From Ruminococcus sp. UBA7158 (lineage in GTDB: Bacteria > Bacillota > Clostridia > Oscillospirales > Ruminococcaceae): a DNA stretch of 64,000 nucleotides. The notes under the pieces were generated by a model. That model ran no database searches, was not told the origin of the DNA, and was given only the letters and a program-made list of their open reading frames with translations. Both the position numbers and the translations under genes were made by a program. Location: assembly GCA_002491605.1 (NCBI GenBank), contig DKWG01000066.1:196-64195 (forward strand). Direction: 5' to 3'. Shown piece after piece: positions 9,178 to 17,609 of this stretch (the first letter of the stretch is position 1; each line of letters begins with the position of its first letter).

Positions 9178-9461
9178 ATAAAAAACCTGTCCCAAAGCTT
9201 TACTGCCGGGACAGGATAAAATTCCTGCGGTGCCACCCTGCTTGACGATAAATAATCGTCCACTTGATTCGTACATCACAATACGACAGCTTTTTTCACG
9301 GAGGGCTTACTCCGTCGCACATACTAAAAATAACTCTGCGAATTATTTCGTTCCGATTGCCCTTAGAAGTCCATTCAGCTGCACATTACACACCGCTTCT
9401 CACCAAACAGCGGCTCTCTGAAGTATAATTGATGAAGCTTACTCACTCTTCCTCAACGGTT
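9178..9461 (-). promoter_or_regulatory. T-box riboswitch leader, specifier UGG (Trp)
   Basis: Read on the minus strand: AGAGAG box (9414-9419), specifier-loop context GAA-UGG-A (UGG = complement of 9371-9373), T-box core AGGGTGGCACCGCAG (9226-9239). Terminator CCTGTCCC/GGGACAGG (9186-9215) plus a T run. Confidence 0.8.
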
Positions 9462-9467
9462 TAACAC

Positions 9468-9496
9468 AGTATAGCACCAAAGCTTTTATTTGTCAA
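9468..9496 (-). promoter_or_regulatory. Sigma-A promoter of the Trp T-box/trpB transcript (TTGACA-17-TATACT)
   Basis: Plus-strand AGTATA at 9468-9473 and TGTCAA at 9491-9496, with a 17-nt spacer. Confidence 0.6.
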
Positions 9497-9518
9497 GCAC
9501 TTTTTTAAAATTTTTTGG

Positions 9519-9557
9519 TAAAAAAATCTCCGTCAAATCATGAAGATTTCAGGAGAT
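9519..9557 (-). terminator. Rho-independent terminator after the bactofilin-like gene
   Basis: GATCTCC...GGAGAT stem with an inner AAATC/GATTT extension, followed by a T7 run on the minus strand. Confidence 0.5.
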
Positions 9558-9596
9558 CTTTTCTATACTTTAAGATGTGCAAACGCAATGAGAATA

Positions 9597-10316
9597 TTAA
9601 GCCTTAACCCTCTCGCCTACATATGCGGATTCATGAACCTCTAAGCTTTGCGAATACTCAGCTCTTTCGACACGGCATCCCTCGCCTATAACAATCCTTG
9701 CGCCCTTAACAGAATCGACCTTACAGCCGATTATATCAACATCATCGCATTCAATTGAACCGATTTCTAAATGCTTCGCATTTTTGCCGAACAGCAGGCT
9801 GCCCAACCTGTGAACGCCGAGACCGGGTTCAATCTTTAAATAGCCTCCGCCGATTTCCTTTATATCAAGCCTGTCGGCATATTTAATCTCTATTCTGTCG
9901 CCGCTCAAAAGTCCCTTGACCTTAACGCTTCCGCTCAGCTTAACAGTCTCGCCGGAGATTGATTGTGCAGCTACCGCGCCTGAACCGCTGATATTTACAG
10001 CGGAAATATCTCCCATGCACTCCAAGCTTCCGGACGCCGAAGCATTCTCGGTCTTTAAAGACTTCAGCTTTGTACTGCCTGAACACGAAAACGACTTACA
10101 AGTGACGTCTCCCTCAAACTTCGACGCTCCCGATATTTTGATTTCGTTTGCACATTCTACATTTCCGCACACGGTAGTAGCACCCGAGCAAGCTATGCTT
10201 TGACATTTTATATCGCCGTTGATATGTCCCGCACCGCTGATTTTTACATTCCTATATTCTCCTCCGCCAGAGCTTCCTGCTCCCGAAAAACTCAAATCTC
10301 TCAAATTATCACTCAT
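9597..10316 (-). CDS. Polymer-forming cytoskeletal (bactofilin-like, YhbE/YhbF-type) beta-helix protein
   Basis: 239 aa made of degenerate repeats such as ISGAG.INGDIKC, CSGATTVCGNVEC, ISGASKFEGDVTC, ISGSGAVAAQSISGETVKLSGSVKV. It overlaps by 8 nt with an upstream YhbD-like gene, the arrangement I recall for B. subtilis yhbD-yhbE-yhbF. Confidence 0.55.
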   Translation of the reverse strand: MSDNLRDLSFSGAGSSGGGEYRNVKISGAGHINGDIKCQSIACSGATTVCGNVECANEIKISGASKFEGDVTCKSFSCSGSTKLKSLKTENASASGSLECMGDISAVNISGSGAVAAQSISGETVKLSGSVKVKGLLSGDRIEIKYADRLDIKEIGGGYLKIEPGLGVHRLGSLLFGKNAKHLEIGSIECDDVDIIGCKVDSVKGARIVIGEGCRVERAEYSQSLEVHESAYVGERVKA

Positions 10317-10689
10317 TATAATCTTCCTCCTTAGGCAGCATTATCACTGTCTCTTTTCCGTTAAACATGACCTTGACGCTTATGACATCCGATAAGCTGA
10401 CTTCTTTGGTCCAATACTTAGTTTCGACTGTCAGCTTCGGTTCCGACTTATTCTTTTGAAGAAGCTCGGCGGCAATCTCTTCAAGCGGCATACTGTCCTT
10501 TTTTGCGATTATAGCTTCTACCCTTTCGCAGATTTGCACTTCATCGAAAAAAGTCTCCTGCCCTGTAAACGTCGACTTCTTTACAAGCCAGTCATCGGGA
10601 ATAAGCCCCATTCGCTTCCATCGGTAAAGCGTACCGTAGGAAATCTTGTACCTCTCAAGAAGCTCCTTTTTCGATATCAAATTCGACAA
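10309..10689 (-). CDS. YhbD-like (DUF4004, MerR-type HTH) putative regulator
   Basis: LSNLISKKELLERYKISYGTLYRWKRMGLIPDDW is a MerR-like HTH. I prefer the TTG start at 10689, which lies 7 nt after AGGAGG. The ORF-track ATG at 10725 would fall inside the promoter/operator. Confidence 0.6.
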   Translation of the reverse strand: MSNLISKKELLERYKISYGTLYRWKRMGLIPDDWLVKKSTFTGQETFFDEVQICERVEAIIAKKDSMPLEEIAAELLQKNKSEPKLTVETKYWTKEVSLSDVISVKVMFNGKETVIMLPKEEDYNE

Positions 10690-10718
10690 TCCAACACCTC
10701 CTGCCTGTATGCAGCGTT

Positions 10719-10771
10719 GTAACATTGTTACGTTGCAACATCAGTGTAACATAACATTGTTACGTTGTCAA
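10719..10771 (-). promoter_or_regulatory. Promoter (TTGACA-17-TACACT) with two copies of a CAACGTAACAATGTTA box containing the palindrome GTAACAATGTTAC
   Basis: -35 at 10766-10771 and -10 at 10743-10748 (minus strand). The repeat AACATTGTTACGTTG occurs at 10721-10735 and 10753-10767. One copy fills the spacer and one lies just downstream of the -10. Confidence 0.5.
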
Positions 10772-11144
10772 GCGGAAATTAATCATTTAATAAAAAAATT
10801 CTTCACGCCGGTCTCAATGGTTTTCAGCTTCTTTGCTCTTTTGCAATCGGTATTGCCGCTTACTTAACTGTTGGTTGAGTGGAAAAACAACACGTTGAGT
10901 GAAAAAACAACATTTGGTTGTGTGATTTTCGCTGTAATCAACCTTTAAGCCATTCATTTTTTCGAATAGACATGGTATACTTTAATCATCAGCTGAACAA
11001 GGGAACCGCCGATTATTACGTTTCGCCGTAATCAGCGTTTCCCTGAAGGAAACTTAGAGCAATGCTCATAATCGCATTTGAATACAAATCAAGTCTGATT
11101 CAATCTGTCGGACAGTACGAAAAGCATGAAAGGAAAGTTTAATC

Positions 11145-11636
11145 ATGGATAATACATTAGGAAAAAGAATAGCTGATTTAAGAAAAAGCAAGGAACTTAA
11201 GCAGGACGATTTAGCGCAGATGCTCAATGTCAGTCCTCAGGCTGTGAGCAAGTGGGAAAACGATCAAACCTGCCCCGACATAAGTCTTCTGCCCGAGCTG
11301 GCAAGGATACTGGGCGTCTCGGTTGACGAGCTTCTTTCAGGCAAATCGGAGCCGATAACTCAGCTTGTTCCGCTTGAAAATCGCAGGGACATAAACACCA
11401 TGACGCTGAAAATAGACGTAATATCAAGCAATGCAGACAAGGTGAGAATAAATCTGCCCATGCCTCTTATTAAAATGGCAGCAGAGATAGGCTTGGCAAT
11501 GCCGCAGATATCAGGAAATGACGCACTCAAAAGCGTCGATCTCAATAAGATTATGGATTTAGTAGCTCAGGGCGTTGTGGGCAACATTATAGACATAGAG
11601 TCGGAGGGTAACACTATAAAAATCTATGTTGAATAA
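11145..11636 (+). CDS. XRE-family HTH transcriptional regulator with a C-terminal beta-rich domain
   Basis: The N-terminus LGKRIADLRKSKELKQDDLAQMLNVSPQAVSKWENDQTCPDISLLPELARILGVSVDELL is a canonical Cro/C1 HTH. RBS GAAAGGAAAG lies upstream. Confidence 0.8.
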   Translation: MDNTLGKRIADLRKSKELKQDDLAQMLNVSPQAVSKWENDQTCPDISLLPELARILGVSVDELLSGKSEPITQLVPLENRRDINTMTLKIDVISSNADKVRINLPMPLIKMAAEIGLAMPQISGNDALKSVDLNKIMDLVAQGVVGNIIDIESEGNTIKIYVE

Positions 11637-11648
11637 TCGGAGAGGTCT

Positions 11649-11909
11649 ATGAGGATTACAGTTAAAACCAATGAGACGAATCTGAACATTCCGCTGCCCA
11701 ATGCGCTTGTTTTCAACCGCTTAGGGATTCGTTTTTTGCTTCTATACTTAAAGAATATTAACGTTGACATTGAAATACCGACTTCAGCTGTTATATCTTG
11801 TTACAGTGCCGCTAAGAAATCAATGAGGATATATAAAAAATACCACCCGAGCTGGACTCTGGTGGAGGTCAATACAAGTGACGGAGAAAACATTAAGATA
11901 AAAGTATAG
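11649..11909 (+). CDS. Small hypothetical protein, paralogous to the C-terminal domain of the preceding XRE regulator
   Basis: 86 aa, starting 12 nt after the XRE stop with RBS GGAGAGG. Shared pattern: MRITVKTNETNLNIPLPNALV vs LKIDVISSNADKVRINLPMPLI, and VEVNTSDGENIKIKV vs IDIESEGNTIKIYVE. Confidence 0.5.
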   Translation: MRITVKTNETNLNIPLPNALVFNRLGIRFLLLYLKNINVDIEIPTSAVISCYSAAKKSMRIYKKYHPSWTLVEVNTSDGENIKIKV

Positions 11910-11967
11910 CTTTACAGAGCCGACGAGAAGCATTGCGCCCCGTCGGCTCTGTGCTGTCAGTTCTATA

Positions 11968-13263
11968 TTATTTTGCCGTCAAGGCTTTATTTCCTCTGAT
12001 TTTAGCTTTTTCGAGCTTATACATTTCCTCTGCGGCAAGTCTTGTTTTGGCAACTATGTCACACGCAGTCTTCGGGAAGCAATAATAGGATTTATCCTTA
12101 TCGCCGATGCAAATCATATCCCCTATCTCATACCAGAAGTAATCGGAATAAAGGCTGTAGGAAGCTGTCGGCTTTTGGCGATAGCTGAGCCTGTCGTCAC
12201 ATCCGACAAGGGAAAAGCCTTCACGGCCATGAGTAAGCCTGCCGGAGCCCACTTTATAAACGCATTTTGTGTTCACCATCATCATTATGTCTACATCGAC
12301 ATCCAAGCTGTATTCGCCGGATATAATTTCATTTCTGACGCACTCACGCTCCCAGCTGTACCAATCGGGAATGTGGCAAAACTCCGTCTCGCCGCTCTTT
12401 GCCCTCATATAACCGTACTCTGTCAGCTCATATTCTTTTCCGCAGTTCATGCAGCAAACAGACGTTCCGTTCACCTGCATCTTCCCCTCCGTCAAGCAGT
12501 GCGGACACTTATATAAAACTCTGTTTAATCCTTCCGCTCTGAAAGGCTCGTCGATTTTAACGGCGTTCTCCTGCTGCCATTTAAAGCTGTCGACTGTAAA
12601 GGCATTGTCAAGTACAGCATTAATATCATCTGCCGACTTAGCATTTATTTCATCGGGCGACAAAAGATAGATAATATCTGCAGATACTTTGACCTTTCTA
12701 AGCTGTAAGCTATTATACAGAGGATCTCTTGAAAATGCGCCGTAGGTTTTTATCATAACTACAGGCACGCCGAGAAGCTTGATGCACTTGCCGAGGCTCG
12801 AAGGAAGCGGAGTTTTAGTCCCGTCAAAGGAATAGCTCGCCTCAGGGTACATCAAAATTGAGCTTTTGAGTGTCTTGAGTGCATATTTCATTTCAAAAAC
12901 AAGCCTTGAATCCGTGACGAATTTTTTGGTCGGTATACATCCCAGCTGACGCATAAGCCACCCTTTTCCGACAAAGCCGTCCTCAGTGCAAATGATGTTA
13001 AACGGCTTCGGGTACAAAACGGTGGACGCTATCTTTAAATCAATAAAGCTTGAATGGTTCATAAGTATAAGGCAGGGCTCGTACCTGCCCAAACGCTCCA
13101 TTCCTATATTTTGATATGTAAAGTCAGTCGCCTTTAAGTCCCCTGCCGACAAAAGCTTCAGGAGCGTACGAAATATTACCGACGGTCTTTTAGGCTTCAA
13201 GCGCTTTTCGGCAGGCAAAGAAATTACTTTTTCATAATCCGTTTCACGAACTTTTATCTTCAC
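11968..13263 (-). CDS. Lysophospholipid (1-acyl-sn-glycerol-3-phosphate-type) acyltransferase family protein with C-terminal zinc-ribbon region
   Basis: PlsC motifs NHSSFID (HX4D) and YPEASYSFDG are present. CPHC...CCMNC cysteine pairs lie in the C-terminal half. Confidence 0.7.
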   Translation of the reverse strand: MKIKVRETDYEKVISLPAEKRLKPKRPSVIFRTLLKLLSAGDLKATDFTYQNIGMERLGRYEPCLILMNHSSFIDLKIASTVLYPKPFNIICTEDGFVGKGWLMRQLGCIPTKKFVTDSRLVFEMKYALKTLKSSILMYPEASYSFDGTKTPLPSSLGKCIKLLGVPVVMIKTYGAFSRDPLYNSLQLRKVKVSADIIYLLSPDEINAKSADDINAVLDNAFTVDSFKWQQENAVKIDEPFRAEGLNRVLYKCPHCLTEGKMQVNGTSVCCMNCGKEYELTEYGYMRAKSGETEFCHIPDWYSWERECVRNEIISGEYSLDVDVDIMMMVNTKCVYKVGSGRLTHGREGFSLVGCDDRLSYRQKPTASYSLYSDYFWYEIGDMICIGDKDKSYYCFPKTACDIVAKTRLAAEEMYKLEKAKIRGNKALTAK

Positions 13264-13305
13264 TCAAATCATCTCAATCTATATAGATTTACATCTTTGC
13301 GGTAC

Positions 13306-14049
13306 TCACACAATCTCATAAAGCTTCATTCTGCCGCGTTTTCCTATTGGGTTTACAAGCTCTAAGTACGTCAGGATGTTAATAGCAGTGTAGGCAGTGT
13401 CTATCGGTATTTTAGCCAGCCTTGCGAACTCACTGGATGTAAAGGTCTTCGGCAGTCCGTCGGGAAGGAATGCGGAATAGTCTTTCGGCGAGCAAAGCGT
13501 TATCATATCATGAAGTGCTATAGGAATTCTATCGTATCTTGTTGCACGGCGCTTGCGTTTCGGACCGTAGCCGTCGAGATTTTTAATATCCTCAACATCT
13601 ATTAATGCCAGACAAATGCTAAAGTTGTCCCAATCCAAAAAGTACTTGATTTTATACAGCTCCCAAAGTGAATCATAAATTGTACCCACCTTTGCAGAGC
13701 GGCGCTTTGACGTTGTCTCGCCTGTTTCGGGGTCGAGCCAGATAAGCCATTTCCTGTGCGGAACGGGATAAACGACACGCACCTTGTGTCCCTCAAGCAG
13801 ATAATACTCCAGCTTTTCACGAAGCTTATTAAGCGAGCGTGTTTGTATTTCGGTAATGCTGTTATCGCTGTGCAGAATATCAGCTGTAAACCTGCCGACC
13901 TTTACTTCATGACAGCTTTTATCCGGCTCAAAAAAGTTTTTGAGCAGCGCATGAAGATACTTTTCCGAGAGCGTTCCCACGCCTGACTGAACCGACATAC
14001 TTTCAGGCGGCAATTTCAGCAGCTCGCTGAATCTTTCTGTATCAGTCAT
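13306..14049 (-). CDS. Hypothetical protein; possible PD-(D/E)xK-like nuclease fold plus C-terminal winged helix
   Basis: 247 aa. The FTADILHSDNSITEIQTRS pattern (D...EIQ) is reminiscent of CoiA/restriction-endonuclease-like cores. The C-terminus FTSSEFARLAKIPIDTAYTAINILTYLELV is HTH-like. This is a weak, motif-level call. Confidence 0.4.
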   Translation of the reverse strand: MTDTERFSELLKLPPESMSVQSGVGTLSEKYLHALLKNFFEPDKSCHEVKVGRFTADILHSDNSITEIQTRSLNKLREKLEYYLLEGHKVRVVYPVPHRKWLIWLDPETGETTSKRRSAKVGTIYDSLWELYKIKYFLDWDNFSICLALIDVEDIKNLDGYGPKRKRRATRYDRIPIALHDMITLCSPKDYSAFLPDGLPKTFTSSEFARLAKIPIDTAYTAINILTYLELVNPIGKRGRMKLYEIV

Positions 14050-14494
14050 AAGGATGGTTCAAAATATATTCGTCCATTATTTCAGCTGCTGTTTGAATAA
14101 GCTTGGCGCAGGGACGTGTTTTATAAAATTCCGCCGTTCGCACCGGAGAATCGGGTGTTGAAGCCCCGGTTAGTCCCAAATGCTCACGACATATAAGCGA
14201 GCCGGTTCTTTTTTTAAACTCTTCGGCAAGCTCCTGAACACGTCTGTAGTGCTCCGACTTAAGCTCCGGGTTTTTAACATCGGAATAACCGTAAAGGCAG
14301 CCCAAAACCATTAATATCCCACTGAAAGCTCCGCAGACCTCACGCAGTCTGCCCATTCCTCCTCCGAAGGACGACGACATTTTAAGCGACAGCTCGGGGT
14401 CTATTCCCGTAATATCCGAAAAAGCCGAGAAAACTGCCTGAGAGCAGTTGCAGCCCGACATGAAGTTGTCATATGCAGTTTGTGAATGGTTCAA
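14042..14494 (-). CDS. C_GCAxxG_C_C family putative redox-active protein
   Basis: The N-terminal signature SGCNCSQAVFSAF and further conserved Cys residues are present. It overlaps the downstream gene by 8 nt. Confidence 0.75.
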   Translation of the reverse strand: MNHSQTAYDNFMSGCNCSQAVFSAFSDITGIDPELSLKMSSSFGGGMGRLREVCGAFSGILMVLGCLYGYSDVKNPELKSEHYRRVQELAEEFKKRTGSLICREHLGLTGASTPDSPVRTAEFYKTRPCAKLIQTAAEIMDEYILNHPYD

Positions 14495-14544
14495 TTCGCA
14501 TTCTCCTAACTTTATCCCCAGCCCGATTAAGGCTGCATTAAAAC

Positions 14545-14590
14545 TAAAAAAGACGCCGTCAGACTGTAACCCTATACTTCATCAGACGGC
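14545..14590 (-). terminator. Rho-independent terminator after 14773-15285
   Basis: GCCGTC...GACGGC stem (14555-14560 / 14585-14590) followed by a T run on the minus strand. A runs on both sides suggest it may act in both directions. Confidence 0.5.
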
Positions 14591-14772
14591 AAAAAGTTTT
14601 TAACAGAAAAAATATATAATCACACGGATTAATCATGATCTCTAAACGCTTAACACTATCAAAATAAATAATAAGATAATAACCATCGAACTTCTACAAT
14701 AAAACAATGACGCACGATTTTCAAGCATAGTCTGCAAAAATGCAAAGGTTTTTTTCTGTCGGGAAATCAATT

Positions 14773-15285
14773 TTATAAATCGATATCAAATTCAACGGTT
14801 TGGTTGAGCTTATCAAGCTGCATCTGAATATCCATTATTTCCTCGGAAATCCTCTCGTAATCGGCTTTAACAAGCTCAAGGTCGTAGTTTATATAGGTAA
14901 ACTCGATGACATTATTCGGTCTTGCATAGTTATCACGGCTTCTCTGCTTCGGCTGACGCTTTCTCATGCAGTCCAACGTCAGCTTTCTTGAACTCAGCTG
15001 AGCCATTGCAACAAGTGCTTGGTCGATTGTCATAACAGCACCGCTTTTGAGCGTCATAACGGTCGATGCGTTATAAACATTTATTGCGTGCTTGATTTTA
15101 AGAATCTTTTCGTCAATTTCGGAAATTGTCTTTGAAACCTTTAAATAGTCATACTCGGGAATAACAGCTTCCTCGCCGTTTGCCGCAACGTATGTCGAGC
15201 AGGTGTTTTCAATTTCCAGCCAATACGCCTTGTCGTCGTTAAGCTGCCTTAAAAGCTTATTGGCATATGCAGACGTCACTTTCAT
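14773..15285 (-). CDS. Conserved hypothetical protein (coiled-coil-rich, Firmicutes-type)
   Basis: 170-aa ORF with RBS GGAGGAA upstream and no overlap with other long ORFs. I recognise no motif. Confidence 0.55.
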   Translation of the reverse strand: MKVTSAYANKLLRQLNDDKAYWLEIENTCSTYVAANGEEAVIPEYDYLKVSKTISEIDEKILKIKHAINVYNASTVMTLKSGAVMTIDQALVAMAQLSSRKLTLDCMRKRQPKQRSRDNYARPNNVIEFTYINYDLELVKADYERISEEIMDIQMQLDKLNQTVEFDIDL

Positions 15286-15301
15286 AATAATTCCTCCGAA
15301 A

Positions 15302-15544
15302 TCAAACTAAAGATTTAAGCGCCTGAGCCAGCTGGTCGGGGCAGGATGTCGGCTTAAAGCCGCAGCGTATGCCTTCGAGCTTTTCAATAGCTTCCTCGAC
15401 CTTCATTCCCTTAACAAGAGCTGATATTCCCTTGAGATTGCCGTTGCAGCCGCCTATGAAGGACACTTCCTTTATAATTCCGTCCTCCACGCTGATGTTA
15501 ATCTGTCTTGAGCAGGTGCCCTTTGTTGCATAAGTAAGCTCCAT
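15302..15544 (-). CDS. TSCPD-domain protein (TIGR03905-like, 4-Cys)
   Basis: GTCSRQI...FIGGCNGNLKGISALVKGM...GIRCG.KPTSCPDQLA matches the TSCPD pattern. I chose the ATG at 15544 (RBS AAAGGAA about 10 nt upstream) over the longer ORF start at 15583. Confidence 0.7.
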   Translation of the reverse strand: MELTYATKGTCSRQINISVEDGIIKEVSFIGGCNGNLKGISALVKGMKVEEAIEKLEGIRCGFKPTSCPDQLAQALKSLV

Positions 15545-15607
15545 ATTTACTACCGTTCCTTTCTTATATTTGCGCTTGAGCATAATTACTGCTCAAGGCT
15601 TTACTTC

Positions 15608-16576
15608 TTAATTAAAATATTTTTTCACAAACCATATATCCTTAATCTCAAAGGTCTTGCCGTTGAGATATGATAAGCTTTTGCAGTCGTCGCCCATGTT
15701 AAATGTGAGCTTATAGGCACACAGAGCCTGGGTTTTAACATTATAGCGGCGATTTATCTCGTTTACGCCGTATTTACCGTCGCCCAAAAGCGGACAGCCT
15801 ATAAACGCCATGTGCGCTCTTATCTGATGAGTTCGCCCGGTAATAAGGTCGATTTCGCACAATGTCAAATCACCGACAGTTTTCAGCACTCTGTACCCCG
15901 TCACAATCTTTTTTGACATAGGCACTTCATTTGAATATATTTTTACCGTGTTGCTTTTCTCGTCCTTTATGTGATATGCCTCAATGACAGCCGATTTGGG
16001 TTTTGGTTCTCCGAGTGTCACACAAAGGTACTTTTTTTGAATCGTTCGTTCCTTAACAGCAAGATTCAAAGTTCTCAAGCTCTCGGCGTTTTTTGCGCAT
16101 ATAACAATCCCCTGCGTGTTCCTGTCCAGACGATTGCAAAGGGACGGGGTGAAGCTGCTTTCGTTTTCCGGTATATACTCGCCCTTTCGGTAAAGGTACT
16201 TTTTAATCCTGTTGATAAGTGTATCGACGGAATTATCGTCGTCCTCATGAACAACCAAGCCGCACGGTTTATTTACAAGCAAAACGTTATCGTCCTCATA
16301 AACAACGTCAATATTGTCGCTTACGGAGAGAAAATCGTTTTCAGACGGTTCCGAAGCGAAAAATTCATCGTTTATATACAGCTCCAAGACGTCTCCGACA
16401 GTTAAACGGTCGGATATTTCGCAGCGTTTGCCGTTCAGCTTTATACGCTTTAGCCTGATGTATTTATATAAAAGTGCCTGCGGAAGTCTCGGAACAGCCT
16501 TTTTTATGAACTTGTCCACCCTTTGCCCGCTGTCGTTCGAATTTATTATAAACTGTTTCATATTCAAATCTACCAA
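15608..16576 (-). CDS. RluA-family 23S rRNA/tRNA pseudouridine synthase with N-terminal S4 domain
   Basis: Catalytic motif NRLDRNTQGIVICAK, plus HQIRAH and an S4-like N-terminus (RVDKFI...LRLKRIKLNG). The start is either the TTG at 16576 or the ATG at 16561. Confidence 0.88.
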   Translation of the reverse strand: MVDLNMKQFIINSNDSGQRVDKFIKKAVPRLPQALLYKYIRLKRIKLNGKRCEISDRLTVGDVLELYINDEFFASEPSENDFLSVSDNIDVVYEDDNVLLVNKPCGLVVHEDDDNSVDTLINRIKKYLYRKGEYIPENESSFTPSLCNRLDRNTQGIVICAKNAESLRTLNLAVKERTIQKKYLCVTLGEPKPKSAVIEAYHIKDEKSNTVKIYSNEVPMSKKIVTGYRVLKTVGDLTLCEIDLITGRTHQIRAHMAFIGCPLLGDGKYGVNEINRRYNVKTQALCAYKLTFNMGDDCKSLSYLNGKTFEIKDIWFVKKYFN

Positions 16577-16592
16577 TTATACAAGCCGAAAT

Positions 16593-17354
16593 TTAAGCTT
16601 TAGACATCTTCATAACAATGCTGTGCGGCAGAAGCTTAGCGACAAGTCTGTAAAACTTATAAAACAGCTTGTTGGTGTAAACACATCTGCCCTTTTCAAG
16701 TGCTTTTAAAGATTTTTCAGCGACCTCTGACGCATCGCAGTAAGGCAGAGTGTCAAAGGTCTTAGATGAACCCTTAGCTATATTTGCGACCTCTAAAAAC
16801 TCAGTTCTCATAGGTCCGGGGCAAACGCACATACACTTTATTCCCCTGCCCTTAAGCTCCTGATGCAGACCCTTTGTAAAGCTTAAAACGTATGCCTTTG
16901 TCGACGAATAAACGGTCAGTCTTGTATTAGGAGCAAAAGACGCTATCGAAGCGACGTTTAAAATCGCCGAGCCGGCTCGCATATGCTTTAAGCAAACCGC
17001 CGCAACGCCTGTCAGCCCCTTGCAGTTTAGGTCGACCATAGACGTCTGACTGCTGACGTCGGCGTCAATAACATCAGCCAGCTTGCCGAAGCCGGCGTTG
17101 TTGATCAAAAGCCTGACTGAAGCGTCTGAGCTTTTAAGTCTGTTTTCAAGCTCGATGTACGACTCGTCCTTTTCCAAATCCAAGGCGACCGGAACGCACT
17201 TTACTCCTGCAATTCCGTTTGCAAGCTCAGTGAGCCTGTCAAGCCGCCTTGCAACAAGCCAAATTTCATCTAAATCGGAATACTTAGTTGAAACCTGCTT
17301 CAGGTATTCAATTCCCAAGCCGGACGAAGCACCCGTTATTATTGCTACATTCAT
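16593..17354 (-). CDS. Short-chain dehydrogenase/reductase (SDR) family oxidoreductase
   Basis: TGASSGLG cofactor motif, NNAG, and the YSSTK catalytic Tyr-x3-Lys. Confidence 0.85.
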   Translation of the reverse strand: MNVAIITGASSGLGIEYLKQVSTKYSDLDEIWLVARRLDRLTELANGIAGVKCVPVALDLEKDESYIELENRLKSSDASVRLLINNAGFGKLADVIDADVSSQTSMVDLNCKGLTGVAAVCLKHMRAGSAILNVASIASFAPNTRLTVYSSTKAYVLSFTKGLHQELKGRGIKCMCVCPGPMRTEFLEVANIAKGSSKTFDTLPYCDASEVAEKSLKALEKGRCVYTNKLFYKFYRLVAKLLPHSIVMKMSKA

Positions 17355-17496
17355 TTTATTCTCCTCAAATTGCCGTCTGATTATAAATAAATCGGCAAAA
17401 CCAAGTTCAAAATCTGCCCGTGAAATACCTTATACTATATTATACAACCTTAAGAGTTTTGTCAACAAAATTAATCATTCTGTAACCTAATGCGTC

Positions 17497-17525
17497 TTGA
17501 AAACGCACTTGTGCCATGATATAAT
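17497..17525 (+). promoter_or_regulatory. Near-consensus sigma-A promoter with extended -10 (TTGAAA-17-TGaTATAAT)
   Basis: -35 at 17497-17502 and -10 at 17520-17525 with TG at 17517-17518. It lies about 215 nt upstream of the CotH-family gene. Confidence 0.6.
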
Positions 17526-17536
17526 AACAATAAGCA

Positions 17537-17609
17537 AGCTGTAAACAGCTATTATACTGATTTAAAGTATGCCGTTTTCTCATTGGCGGTTTTTAATGAG
17601 AATGTAGCA
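17537..17609 (+). repeat. Copy C of the dispersed hairpin module (hairpin 1 AGCTG-TAAA-CAGCT; linker ATTATACTGATTTAAAGTA; hairpin 2)
   Basis: Collinear with 58082-58158. Hairpin 1 differs by a compensatory pair (AGCCG/CGGCT vs AGCTG/CAGCT). The hairpin 2 core is TTCTCATT/AATGAGAA, flanked by TGCC...GCA as in the other copies. Confidence 0.5.

Noticed and set aside
10874-10912. Tandem 19-bp repeats considered as a mini CRISPR or replication iteron
   Set aside because: There are only two adjacent copies with no spacers, no cas or rep genes, and a position just upstream of a regulator promoter. They are more likely an operator (reported as such).
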